Shown: positions 55,608 to 63,449 of the stretch, one piece after another | Numbering within the stretch: the first letter of the stretch is position 1 | Layout: each line of letters begins with the position of its first letter | IMG/VR virus record: IMGVR_UViG_3300018432_000004 | Location: 8,156-72,155 of that record | From: a virus | Direction: 5' to 3' (one strand) | Length of the DNA: 64,000 bases | Notes under the pieces: generated by a model | The model's input: only the letters and a program-made list of their open reading frames with translations | What the model was told of the DNA's origin: nothing | Database searches by the model: none | Program-made: the position numbers and the translations under genes

Positions 55608-56192
55608 ATGGCTACCAGCTCCGCGAGGCGCGCCGACGCGACATGGCCCGCCGACTCCGCCCTCGTCGCGCTGGCCGCTCAGCACGGCAGCATGTCGGCC
55701 GTCGCCCGAGCCTGCGGGCGCAGCCGCGAATCGCTGCGCGACTTCCTCGCAATCCGCCCGGCGCTCGACTGCACCGTGCGCGCGCACCTTCGGCCACGGC
55801 TGACGCCCGAGCAGGCGAAGTCGAACGATCGCCGAGCCAAGCGCGAGTACCAGGCCCGACAGCGTTGCGAGGACCCCGACGAAGTCCGTCGGCAGCGCCG
55901 CGAGTCATGGCACCGCACGACGACGCCCGAGCGCCGCCGGGCGGGCAACCTCCGAACCCGCACCGCGAGGGCGCACCTCGTGCCCGCCGAGGCCGACTGG
56001 CTGCGCGTGCTCGCGCTCGACCCCTGCGCCTACTGCGGCGCGTCCTGCGCGGAGGTCGACCACATCATCCCGGTAGTCAGCGGCGGCGACAGCTCGCCCG
56101 AGAACCTGACCGCATCCTGCCTGCCATGCAACCGCGGGAAGAACGCGCGCCCCCTGCTCGTCTTCCTCGCCGACGAAGGGCGCCCCCAGTGA
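55608..56192 (+). CDS. HNH endonuclease with N-terminal HTH
   Basis: ATG 7 nt after TACGCT; CAYCG..VDHIIP..GG..NLTASCLPCNRGK. Confidence 0.9.
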   Translation: MATSSARRADATWPADSALVALAAQHGSMSAVARACGRSRESLRDFLAIRPALDCTVRAHLRPRLTPEQAKSNDRRAKREYQARQRCEDPDEVRRQRRESWHRTTTPERRRAGNLRTRTARAHLVPAEADWLRVLALDPCAYCGASCAEVDHIIPVVSGGDSSPENLTASCLPCNRGKNARPLLVFLADEGRPQ

Positions 56193-58861
56193 CCACGAGT
56201 TCCGCCAGCCTCGATCGTTCGCCGAAGTCCAATTGGGTGCAGGAGGCCGGCGGGCTGCCCCCGTACGTCCGCAAGATCGCCCGCGCGATCCACGAGAAGC
56301 GCGGGATCCCGCTGTCGCAGGCGATCCCGTTCGCGATCGGGCGCCTGAAGAAGTGGGCGGCAGGCGGCGACAACGTGACCGCCGAGACGCAGGCGAAGGC
56401 CGCGGCAGCGATCGCGGCGTGGAACCGCCTCAAGTCGAAGGCCGGGAAGCTGACCGAGGCCGAGGCGCTCGGAGGCGTCCAGGTCCGCGACGAGAACCTC
56501 GGCGTGCCGACCCCGCTGCTCCTCGCGTGGATCGACGAGCTCGACGACGCCGAGCAGCTCGTCGAGGCGGCGCTCGGCGGACACGACGAGAAGCTGCACC
56601 CCCGCGACCTGCTCGGCCGGTTCCGCACGAAGGTCGGCGCGCTGAAGGTCGGCGAGTCGGCAACACTGCCGGACGGCCGCAAGGTCGTCAAGACCGACCG
56701 CAAGGCGTTTGAGGGCGACAACTACCACGACGTGTACGACGAGAACGGTCGCATTCAGGCCAGCCAATCAAGCGCTCGGCTGGCGGCGGATTCAGCGGCG
56801 ACACGCAGCGCGCAGTCCACCGACCCCAAGTCGCTCGGCGGCGCGACGAAGTACCGCAACCTCGACGCCTTGCCGGCGAAGTCGGATAGCAAGCCCGTCC
56901 GCGACAGCCCGGCCGGCTCGGGGAAGTCGTTCGCCGAGGGCGTGTCGGCGGCGTACAACGCGAACGCCGCGAACGCCGCGAAGGCGAGCCGCCCCGAGGG
57001 GGCATCCGACGAGCGCGAGCGGGCTCGGGCGTACCAGGCGCTCGACCCGCTCAAGGTCGGCGACTCCGCGAAGTGGGGCACGCTGACCGTCAAGCGCCTG
57101 CCGGACGACTCGCAGGGCCGCGCGCAGTTCGACGTGGACGGCAAGACGATGGGCGGCTCACGGACGATCTCACGCATGGTCGAGAAGGGGCGCGCAACGG
57201 CGACCCCCGCCCGAGCGAACACCCCGAGCGCAGACCCGGCCACCCGCCGACGCAACCGGACGACGGGCACGGTGCCGAAGTCGCAGAAGGGTGGCCCGGC
57301 GGCGGGGGGGCTGGACACCACGCGCGGCATCTTCCGCAAGTACGACGACGCCGGCCTGCTAGTCGCGCTCCGCGACCCGCAGCTCCAGGGAAAGAATCGT
57401 CGGCAGGCGGAGCGGGAGGCGCGCGCCCGAGGGCTCATCTCGGAGGACAAGACGCCGCCGCCGGGCGCGATCGTCCGTGGCAACAAGACCTACATGCCCG
57501 GCGATCCCGACTACGAGCGGCTGAGCAAGATCGTCGGACCGCCCGAGCCGGGAAGCCCGGCCGCGCGCAGCATGGCGAAGGTCGGCCAGACGGCCGGCGC
57601 ATCCGCCACGGTGCACGAGGGCAGGACCGTCAAGGCGGGCGACAAGGTGATCGTCGGTGAGCCGGGCAACGTGACCCGCGACGTGACCGCGACCGTGACG
57701 AAGATCGAGGGCGGCAAGGTCCACGTCAAGGGCCCGCACGGCACGAGCTCGCACGATCCCGCCGACGTCCAGGCCACGAGCACGAGCGCCAGCGCCGCCG
57801 CCGCCGCCGCAGACCTGCGGCAGCAGCTCAAGCGCGTCAACGCGACGCTCAAGTCCGGGAAGGGCCCGCAGGCGTACGCGAGGCGCCGCAAGGCCGAGAT
57901 CGAGCAGCAGCTCGCCAAGCTCGTCGAGGCGGCGACCCCGCCGACCCGCGTCAACCTGCGCACGAAGGGCGGGCGCATGGTCAACGTGTCGGTCGCGCAC
58001 GCCCGCCGGATCCACCTTCAGGGCAACGCCGCGGCCGATCAGCGGCCGGGCGCGAAGCCGCCCGCTGGCGCCCGCGACGGCGACTTCGAGTCGAAGCATC
58101 CGCGCGGCGGCAAGGGCTCGACGTCGGGCGGCAAGTTCGTCAAGAAGGGCAGCACCGGGACCGAGGTCCGTGCGATCCAGCGCCGCGTCGGCGCCCGCGT
58201 CGACGGAGCGTTCGGCGACAAGACGGCTGCGGCTGTCCGCGCCTTCCAGCAGAAGCACGGCCTCAAGGTCGACGGCATCGTCGGCAAGCAGACCGTCGCC
58301 GCGCTCCGCGGCCGCCGCGACGCCAAGCGCGTCGGCACCGGCGAGCTGACGAAGAAAGACCGCGAGTACCTCGCAGGCCACATCAGGGGCACCGGCCGCC
58401 AGACCCGCGGCAAGCTCACCAGCCTCGTTGAGGCCGTCACCCCGCCGCAGTTCCTCGAGCGCGTCCAGGCGCTGCAGCCCGGCGAGATCGCGCGGCTGCC
58501 CGACGGAGGCGCCGTCAAGCACCACAAGTCCGAGGACGGCCGCGACCTCTGGACCGCCGGGCGCCCGACGTCCTACGGCGAGAACGGCCTGAGCTGGCGC
58601 GAGCAGCACCGCACCCCCGAACTCGCCGTCGCGGACGCTCTGAGCGCCTCGGCGGGCTCGACGGACCCCGCGTCGCTCGGCGGCCCGAACCGCTTCGGCG
58701 GCTACACCCGCATCGCCGTCAACGGCCGACCCGCCCGCTTCGTCGGCGTGGACGCGAACTGCTCGCCGCTCGTGCGCTACGACGGCGCGAGCGTCGAGCC
58801 CGTCGCGGTCACGTGGCCCGAGCTCGTGCTCGCGCCGCGCCTCGTCGAAGCTCACCGCTGA
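56189..58861 (+). CDS. 890-aa modular head-associated protein with peptidoglycan-binding domain and internal repeats
   Basis: N-terminal NWVQEAGGLPPYVRKIA..KKWAAG domain; two HPR..G(R/K)F motifs; PGBD (GTEVRAIQ..VDGAFGDKT..FQQKHGLKVDGIVG). Confidence 0.8.
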   Translation: MTTSSASLDRSPKSNWVQEAGGLPPYVRKIARAIHEKRGIPLSQAIPFAIGRLKKWAAGGDNVTAETQAKAAAAIAAWNRLKSKAGKLTEAEALGGVQVRDENLGVPTPLLLAWIDELDDAEQLVEAALGGHDEKLHPRDLLGRFRTKVGALKVGESATLPDGRKVVKTDRKAFEGDNYHDVYDENGRIQASQSSARLAADSAATRSAQSTDPKSLGGATKYRNLDALPAKSDSKPVRDSPAGSGKSFAEGVSAAYNANAANAAKASRPEGASDERERARAYQALDPLKVGDSAKWGTLTVKRLPDDSQGRAQFDVDGKTMGGSRTISRMVEKGRATATPARANTPSADPATRRRNRTTGTVPKSQKGGPAAGGLDTTRGIFRKYDDAGLLVALRDPQLQGKNRRQAEREARARGLISEDKTPPPGAIVRGNKTYMPGDPDYERLSKIVGPPEPGSPAARSMAKVGQTAGASATVHEGRTVKAGDKVIVGEPGNVTRDVTATVTKIEGGKVHVKGPHGTSSHDPADVQATSTSASAAAAAADLRQQLKRVNATLKSGKGPQAYARRRKAEIEQQLAKLVEAATPPTRVNLRTKGGRMVNVSVAHARRIHLQGNAAADQRPGAKPPAGARDGDFESKHPRGGKGSTSGGKFVKKGSTGTEVRAIQRRVGARVDGAFGDKTAAAVRAFQQKHGLKVDGIVGKQTVAALRGRRDAKRVGTGELTKKDREYLAGHIRGTGRQTRGKLTSLVEAVTPPQFLERVQALQPGEIARLPDGGAVKHHKSEDGRDLWTAGRPTSYGENGLSWREQHRTPELAVADALSASAGSTDPASLGGPNRFGGYTRIAVNGRPARFVGVDANCSPLVRYDGASVEPVAVTWPELVLAPRLVEAHR

Positions 58862-58895
58862 CAGCCGCCACGAAGCAGGGCGTAGACTCGCCCGC

Positions 58896-60833
58896 ATGGC
58901 CGTCTTCTCCCGATCCAACCTGATCGCGACCGGGTACACGCAAGACCCGCTCCGCGCGGCATCGCAGGGCCACGACCCCTACGACTGGGCCCCGCACGTT
59001 CTCCGCGGCGCGCTCGAGGGCAACGCCGTGCTCAGCTTCGACGAGGACGAGGTCGAGAATCTCGTCGCGTCGTGGCTCCTGACGCCGGAGGTCGAGGAGG
59101 ACGCCGACGAGCTCGCCGGCTATCGCGCCGTCCTGCTCGCGCCCGGGGAGGATCCCGAGGACGGCGACGTGTTGTTCCGCGACGGTGGGCGATGGATCGC
59201 GCAGCCTGGCGGCGATCCGGTTGCGATCGCGGGGACCCTGGCCAGCTTTCAGACGCAGCTCGAAACGATGGAAAGCGGTAGCGCGTGGGATGACGCCGAC
59301 GACGGCCTCGTGCTGACTATCGACGCTGGCATTCCGGCCTGGCGCACCCCGCCGGCCCCGGCCGCTGCGCTCGCTCTCGCCCCGGCCACGTCGGTCCGCA
59401 ACACGATCCAGGCATCGGCCAACGTCCGCGGCTTGACGATCACCCCGAACGCCGGCCAGAACTTGGGGACGGAGGAGGTCTTCCGCGTCAACGGCCGTGT
59501 GGCTGGCGCGACGGCTGGTGGGATGTGGGCTGACGCGCTGGGCAAGCTGCACGTCCAGGGTGATGCGTCGGACACGGCGGGTGTCATCAATATGTACACG
59601 CTCACCGAAGCGCGACCCGGTGGTGGCTACTTCCGTCCCGGCATGGAGTGGCACTTCGGAAAGCCGCAGGCGCTTCGCGTCGGCGCGCTCAGCACCGGGC
59701 CGGCGGGCGCTCATACGCCGCGCTGGCAGTGCCCGGCGGGCGACGTGACGGACTCCCACGGCCTCGGGCCGGGAAGTCGCATGGACGCGCTCAACGGTCC
59801 TGGATTCAGCAACAACGGCTTCGGCGATCTCGTACTCGCGTACCGCATCGACCCGTACGACCAGGCCAAAAGCCAGGACATCATCTACATCCCGGACGAG
59901 CGAGACTCACGAGTCGGCATCCATGACAACTACCCGACAGCGACGCTCGACGTTGGGCATCGCTCATGGGTTGGACGTACGGCCGGGATGCGGCTCAACA
60001 ACACCACCGCTGCGCCGGGCTGGCTTCTGTCGCTTGCGGAGACGGGCTCGCACAAGGGCGGGTTCTACTCGGCGGGCAACGGCTTCCCGAAGCTCGCGGT
60101 TGGGCACGGTGCTGTCCCGACGTTTGAGGTCGACGTGCTCGGCACCGTCTCGGCCGACATCTTCCAGCCGCGCAATCTTCAGTCGGGCTTCTCGGGGGAC
60201 ACCAACTACCCACGCATCTCCTCGACGGTGTCAGGTGGGGCGTATCCGTTCAGCGCCACCGGAAACCTCGTACTGCGCGCACGCGGATCGGTGGGCAGCG
60301 CGACAGCAGACATCGTGCTCGCGTTCGGGCAGACGCCGACGCCGGGCCTTGTGCTCGGCGGGCCGTCTGGCGCGAACGTGCCCAACCTCTACCTGTTTGG
60401 TGCGAGCCCCGCGGACAACACGACGCCCGGTAACAGCGTGATCGTTGCGAAGAACTCGACGGCGAGCCCCGCCAACGCGGGAGCCACATCGCGCCCGGTG
60501 GGCTCCATGTTTATGTGGGCTGTGGGCTCGACGATGCGATTCATGGAGCCCGCCGGGTCGGTGGTGCAGATCGGAAACGTCGGCCTTGCGTCCGGCTCGG
60601 GCATCGGTTTCACCGCATACGGAACGCACACGCAGGATGCGAAGATCGGCCGTATCGCGGCGGGCGTCCTCGAGACCGACTCGATCATCCGCTACAACGC
60701 CGCCGCCTCATGGCAGACGACGGTCGGCGCGGCGGGCGCGGCGAGCGCGCTCCCGGCGACCCCGAGCAAGTACCTCAAGGTCCGCGACGAAGCGGGCACG
60801 TCCTACGTTGTGCCCGCCTACGCGGCGGCATAG
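58896..60833 (+). CDS. Orphan fibre/spike-like virion protein
   Basis: ATG 7 nt after TAGACT; Gly/Ser/Thr beta-rich body; C-terminal AGAASALPATPSKYLKV..YVVPAY; atypical codon usage. Confidence 0.6.
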   Translation: MAVFSRSNLIATGYTQDPLRAASQGHDPYDWAPHVLRGALEGNAVLSFDEDEVENLVASWLLTPEVEEDADELAGYRAVLLAPGEDPEDGDVLFRDGGRWIAQPGGDPVAIAGTLASFQTQLETMESGSAWDDADDGLVLTIDAGIPAWRTPPAPAAALALAPATSVRNTIQASANVRGLTITPNAGQNLGTEEVFRVNGRVAGATAGGMWADALGKLHVQGDASDTAGVINMYTLTEARPGGGYFRPGMEWHFGKPQALRVGALSTGPAGAHTPRWQCPAGDVTDSHGLGPGSRMDALNGPGFSNNGFGDLVLAYRIDPYDQAKSQDIIYIPDERDSRVGIHDNYPTATLDVGHRSWVGRTAGMRLNNTTAAPGWLLSLAETGSHKGGFYSAGNGFPKLAVGHGAVPTFEVDVLGTVSADIFQPRNLQSGFSGDTNYPRISSTVSGGAYPFSATGNLVLRARGSVGSATADIVLAFGQTPTPGLVLGGPSGANVPNLYLFGASPADNTTPGNSVIVAKNSTASPANAGATSRPVGSMFMWAVGSTMRFMEPAGSVVQIGNVGLASGSGIGFTAYGTHTQDAKIGRIAAGVLETDSIIRYNAAASWQTTVGAAGAASALPATPSKYLKVRDEAGTSYVVPAYAAA

Positions 60834-60842
60834 GGAGAGGCC

Positions 60843-61046
60843 ATGCAGACCCTCGTAATCCCCAAGCCCAAGCCCACCGATCCCGTGGTCACGATCCACG
60901 GCCACGATGGACCGGCGATGGTCACCATTCGACGCGATGGCGTCGTGGAGTTCGGCGAGGACTACGACCTGGCCGAGGCTGCGCGACTCTTCTGGGAGGG
61001 CGTCGCGCAGCACATGCCGAGCGAACTGACGTGCGAGAGCGCATGA
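60843..61046 (+). CDS. Small hypothetical protein
   Basis: GGGAGAGG RBS; 67 aa. Confidence 0.65.
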   Translation: MQTLVIPKPKPTDPVVTIHGHDGPAMVTIRRDGVVEFGEDYDLAEAARLFWEGVAQHMPSELTCESA

Positions 61047-61309
61047 CCCCGCCGAAAAAGCTGCGCCTGCTGAAGGTCGTCGTTCAGCCCACCTTCGTCC
61101 TCGACGACGGCAAGACGCTCACCGAAGTCTCGGCCGAGCCCGTGGTCGTGCAGCCCGACGACTGGCCCACCTACGCCACCGGCCGCTTCGCCGAGAGCGT
61201 CGCGGCCTACGAGGCGCAGGTCAACACGCCGGCGCAGGAGAACGGGCAGCCACCAATCACGAAGAAGCAGCGCGCCGATCGTGCGCGGTCAAAGCACTCC
61301 GCCGGATAA
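61043..61309 (+). CDS. Small protein, possible fibre chaperone
   Basis: ATGA coupling; LKVVVQPTFVLDDG..; position after the fibre-like gene. Confidence 0.5.
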   Translation: MTPPKKLRLLKVVVQPTFVLDDGKTLTEVSAEPVVVQPDDWPTYATGRFAESVAAYEAQVNTPAQENGQPPITKKQRADRARSKHSAG

Positions 61310-61357
61310 TCGGCTGAGTTAGTCGCGAGGACTTCCCGCACCCTGCGCCCGTTTCAC

Positions 61358-61380
61358 GCTACGCTGTGCGGCGCAACCCC
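61358..61380 (+). promoter_or_regulatory. Promoter/operator/leader motif (copy 7)
   Basis: gctacgctgtgcggcgcaacccc. Confidence 0.8.
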
Positions 61381-61407
61381 TCGCCACATTCGATCGGAGG
61401 ACCCGCA

Positions 61408-61761
61408 ATGGCTGTCACGTCCCCGCCCGCGTCAAACCTCGCGGAGTACAACGCGCCGGCGCCGGAGCGCTCCCTGACGCAGCGCCTCGACGCGCTCGAG
61501 CGCGCGAACGTCGTACGCACGAAGCGCGCCGAACTCAAGCGCGACCTCAAGGGCGGCCGCAAGTCGATCCACCGGCTGCTCATGGACCCCCCCGACTACG
61601 TCGAGACCGCGAAGGTCTTCGACATGCTGCTCGCGGTGCCGAAGGTGGGAAGGGTGAAGGCGAACAAGGTCCTCACCCAGTGCCGCATCTCGCCGAGCAA
61701 GACGATCGGCGGCCTGTCGCAGCGCCAGCGCGACGAGCTCGTCTCGCTGCTGCGCCGATGA
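61408..61761 (+). CDS. mihF: Actinobacterial integration host factor (mIHF/sIHF) homologue
   Basis: ALERANVVRTKRAELKRDLK..AKVFDMLLAVPKVGRVKANKVL..ISPSKTIGGLSQRQ (H2TH fold pattern). Confidence 0.88.
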   Translation: MAVTSPPASNLAEYNAPAPERSLTQRLDALERANVVRTKRAELKRDLKGGRKSIHRLLMDPPDYVETAKVFDMLLAVPKVGRVKANKVLTQCRISPSKTIGGLSQRQRDELVSLLRR

Positions 61762-62216
61762 ACCTTCGCGAGCGCTTCGACGCGAAGGTCGACCGGACGC
61801 CGGGCCACGGTCCCGAGGGCCTCTGCCACGTCTGGACGGGCACGACTACGCGCGGCGGCTACGGCATGTTCTGGCTCAACGGCCGGATGCAGCTCGCACA
61901 CCGCGTGGCGCGCTTCCTCGCGACCGGCGAGTGGCCCGCCTTCAAGGTCCTGCACTCGTGCGACTTTCCGCCGTGCGTGCGCGAAGACCACCTGTTCGAC
62001 GGCACGCAGGCCGACAACGTCGCCGATTGCGTAGCGAAGGGCCGAGCGCGCGGCGGTAGCCAACCGGGCGAGAGCAACGCGCACGCGAAGCTCACCGCCG
62101 GGCAGGTCGACAAGATCCGCGAGGCGACCGGGACGCTGCGGTCGATCGGTGAACGCTTCGGCGTGAGCGAATCGGCCGTGTCCATGATTCGCTCCGGCCA
62201 GAGGTGGCGCCGATGA
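61758..62216 (+). CDS. HNH homing-type endonuclease with C-terminal HTH
   Basis: CHVWTG..GYG..AHRVA..VLHSCDFPPCVREDHLFDGTQADN. Confidence 0.9.
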   Translation: MNLRERFDAKVDRTPGHGPEGLCHVWTGTTTRGGYGMFWLNGRMQLAHRVARFLATGEWPAFKVLHSCDFPPCVREDHLFDGTQADNVADCVAKGRARGGSQPGESNAHAKLTAGQVDKIREATGTLRSIGERFGVSESAVSMIRSGQRWRR

Positions 62217-62296
62217 GCCTGCGAGGACTGCTGGACCTGCTGCTGTTCCTGACGACCGGCGGCGACGAGGGCCGCGCCGAACGGCGGCACCGATGA
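62213..62296 (+). CDS. 27-aa coupled peptide
   Basis: ATGA overlaps at both ends. Confidence 0.4.
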   Translation: MSLRGLLDLLLFLTTGGDEGRAERRHR

Positions 62297-62982
62297 CCGC
62301 CGCCGACCCCCTCGACGTCGCCGCCGGCGACGATCGCGCGCGGCCCGTCCTGCTCGGCGAGGCGCCGTCGCGCGGCGGCGACCGCTTCCACGCGTTCCCG
62401 CTGTCGGGGCGGCCCGCGCGGGTGCTCTGCGAGTTGGCGGGGATCCCGCCGCAGGCCGAGGGCTCGCAGTACGGCCGGTGGACGTGGGCGCTGTACGAGC
62501 GCTTCGAGTGCGCGAACCTGTTCGACCGCTACGCCGACGCGACGCCGTGGTCGACGCCCGCCGCGCGCGTCCGCGCCGCCGCGCTGCTCGACGAGCTGAA
62601 ACCGGCAGGACCGGGCGTGCTGCTCCCGAGCTACAACGTGCCGCTGCCCGTCGTCGTCTGCCTCGGGCGGCGCGTCCAAGCCGCCCTGTTCGGCGCCCTC
62701 GACGGCGAGGTGCACGTCAAGCCGAGCGCGCCGGCGCGCTGGGGCACCGGATGGTTCGGCGACTTCGGCGTGTGGGCGCGGCCGTGGCACATCTACACCC
62801 CGATCGTCCGTCCCGGCGGCGGCGACGTCCCCGAGCGGCGCTGGGCGCCGCACGTCGTCACGATCCCGCACCCCTCGGGACTCAACCGCCTGCTCAACGA
62901 CGAGGCGCATCGCGCACGCTGCGGGGAGGTCCTGCGCCGAGCGCTTGAGCTGGCAGCGCCCACCGATACCGTGGGCGCATGA
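62293..62982 (+). CDS. Uracil-DNA glycosylase superfamily protein
   Basis: VLLGEAPS motif A, VVVCLGRRV, IPHPSGLNR motif B. Confidence 0.75.
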   Translation: MTAADPLDVAAGDDRARPVLLGEAPSRGGDRFHAFPLSGRPARVLCELAGIPPQAEGSQYGRWTWALYERFECANLFDRYADATPWSTPAARVRAAALLDELKPAGPGVLLPSYNVPLPVVVCLGRRVQAALFGALDGEVHVKPSAPARWGTGWFGDFGVWARPWHIYTPIVRPGGGDVPERRWAPHVVTIPHPSGLNRLLNDEAHRARCGEVLRRALELAAPTDTVGA

Positions 62983-63449
62983 GCTCCGTCCGCCTGCGCA
63001 CGTGCGGCAACTGCGCCGCCCGCTTCCGCTTCGCTCAGAACCTCCCGACCATCGGCCCGTGCTGCCCGATCTGCCTCAAGCCGGTCAAGCCGGTCGCGCG
63101 GCTCCGGCAGATCGCGGGCACCCCGACGCCCGGCCTCGACGCCGTGTACGTGGACGCGTCCTTCCGCGAGGGCGTCGCCGGCCTCGCGGTCGTCGGCGTC
63201 CTCGGCGAGTACACCCGCCGCGTGTCCGTCGGCACGAGCAGCCTCGCGGAGCGCTGGGCGCTCCAGATGGCGATGGAGATCGCCTCCGGCCTCAAGCGCC
63301 GCGACCTCGTGTTCCGCTCGGACGCCTCCAGCGTCGTGTCGGGCTTCGGGGGACGCCCGTCGATGGGCTGGACCTTCGAGCACGTCCCCCGCGACCTCAA
63401 CCGCCGCGCGCACGAGCTGGCCTCCGTCGCGCGGAAGCGCACGACGTGA
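62979..63449 (+). CDS. RNase H-like (RNase HI/RVT_3) protein with N-terminal Zn ribbon
   Basis: CGNC..CPIC; VYVDASF, AERWAL, FRSDASSVV, HVPRDLNRRAHELA. Confidence 0.8.
   Translation: MSSVRLRTCGNCAARFRFAQNLPTIGPCCPICLKPVKPVARLRQIAGTPTPGLDAVYVDASFREGVAGLAVVGVLGEYTRRVSVGTSSLAERWALQMAMEIASGLKRRDLVFRSDASSVVSGFGGRPSMGWTFEHVPRDLNRRAHELASVARKRTT

Noticed and set aside
853-61368. Track ORFs starting at the GTG inside the promoter motif (853, 25245, 27570, 37006, 48310, 61366)
   Set aside because: The GTG lies immediately after the -10 hexamer, too close to be transcribed, and RBS-supported starts exist downstream
62979-63449. RNase H-like gene as part of a retroelement, retron or DGR
   Set aside because: No reverse transcriptase (YxDD) ORF and no template/variable repeat pair seen in the window
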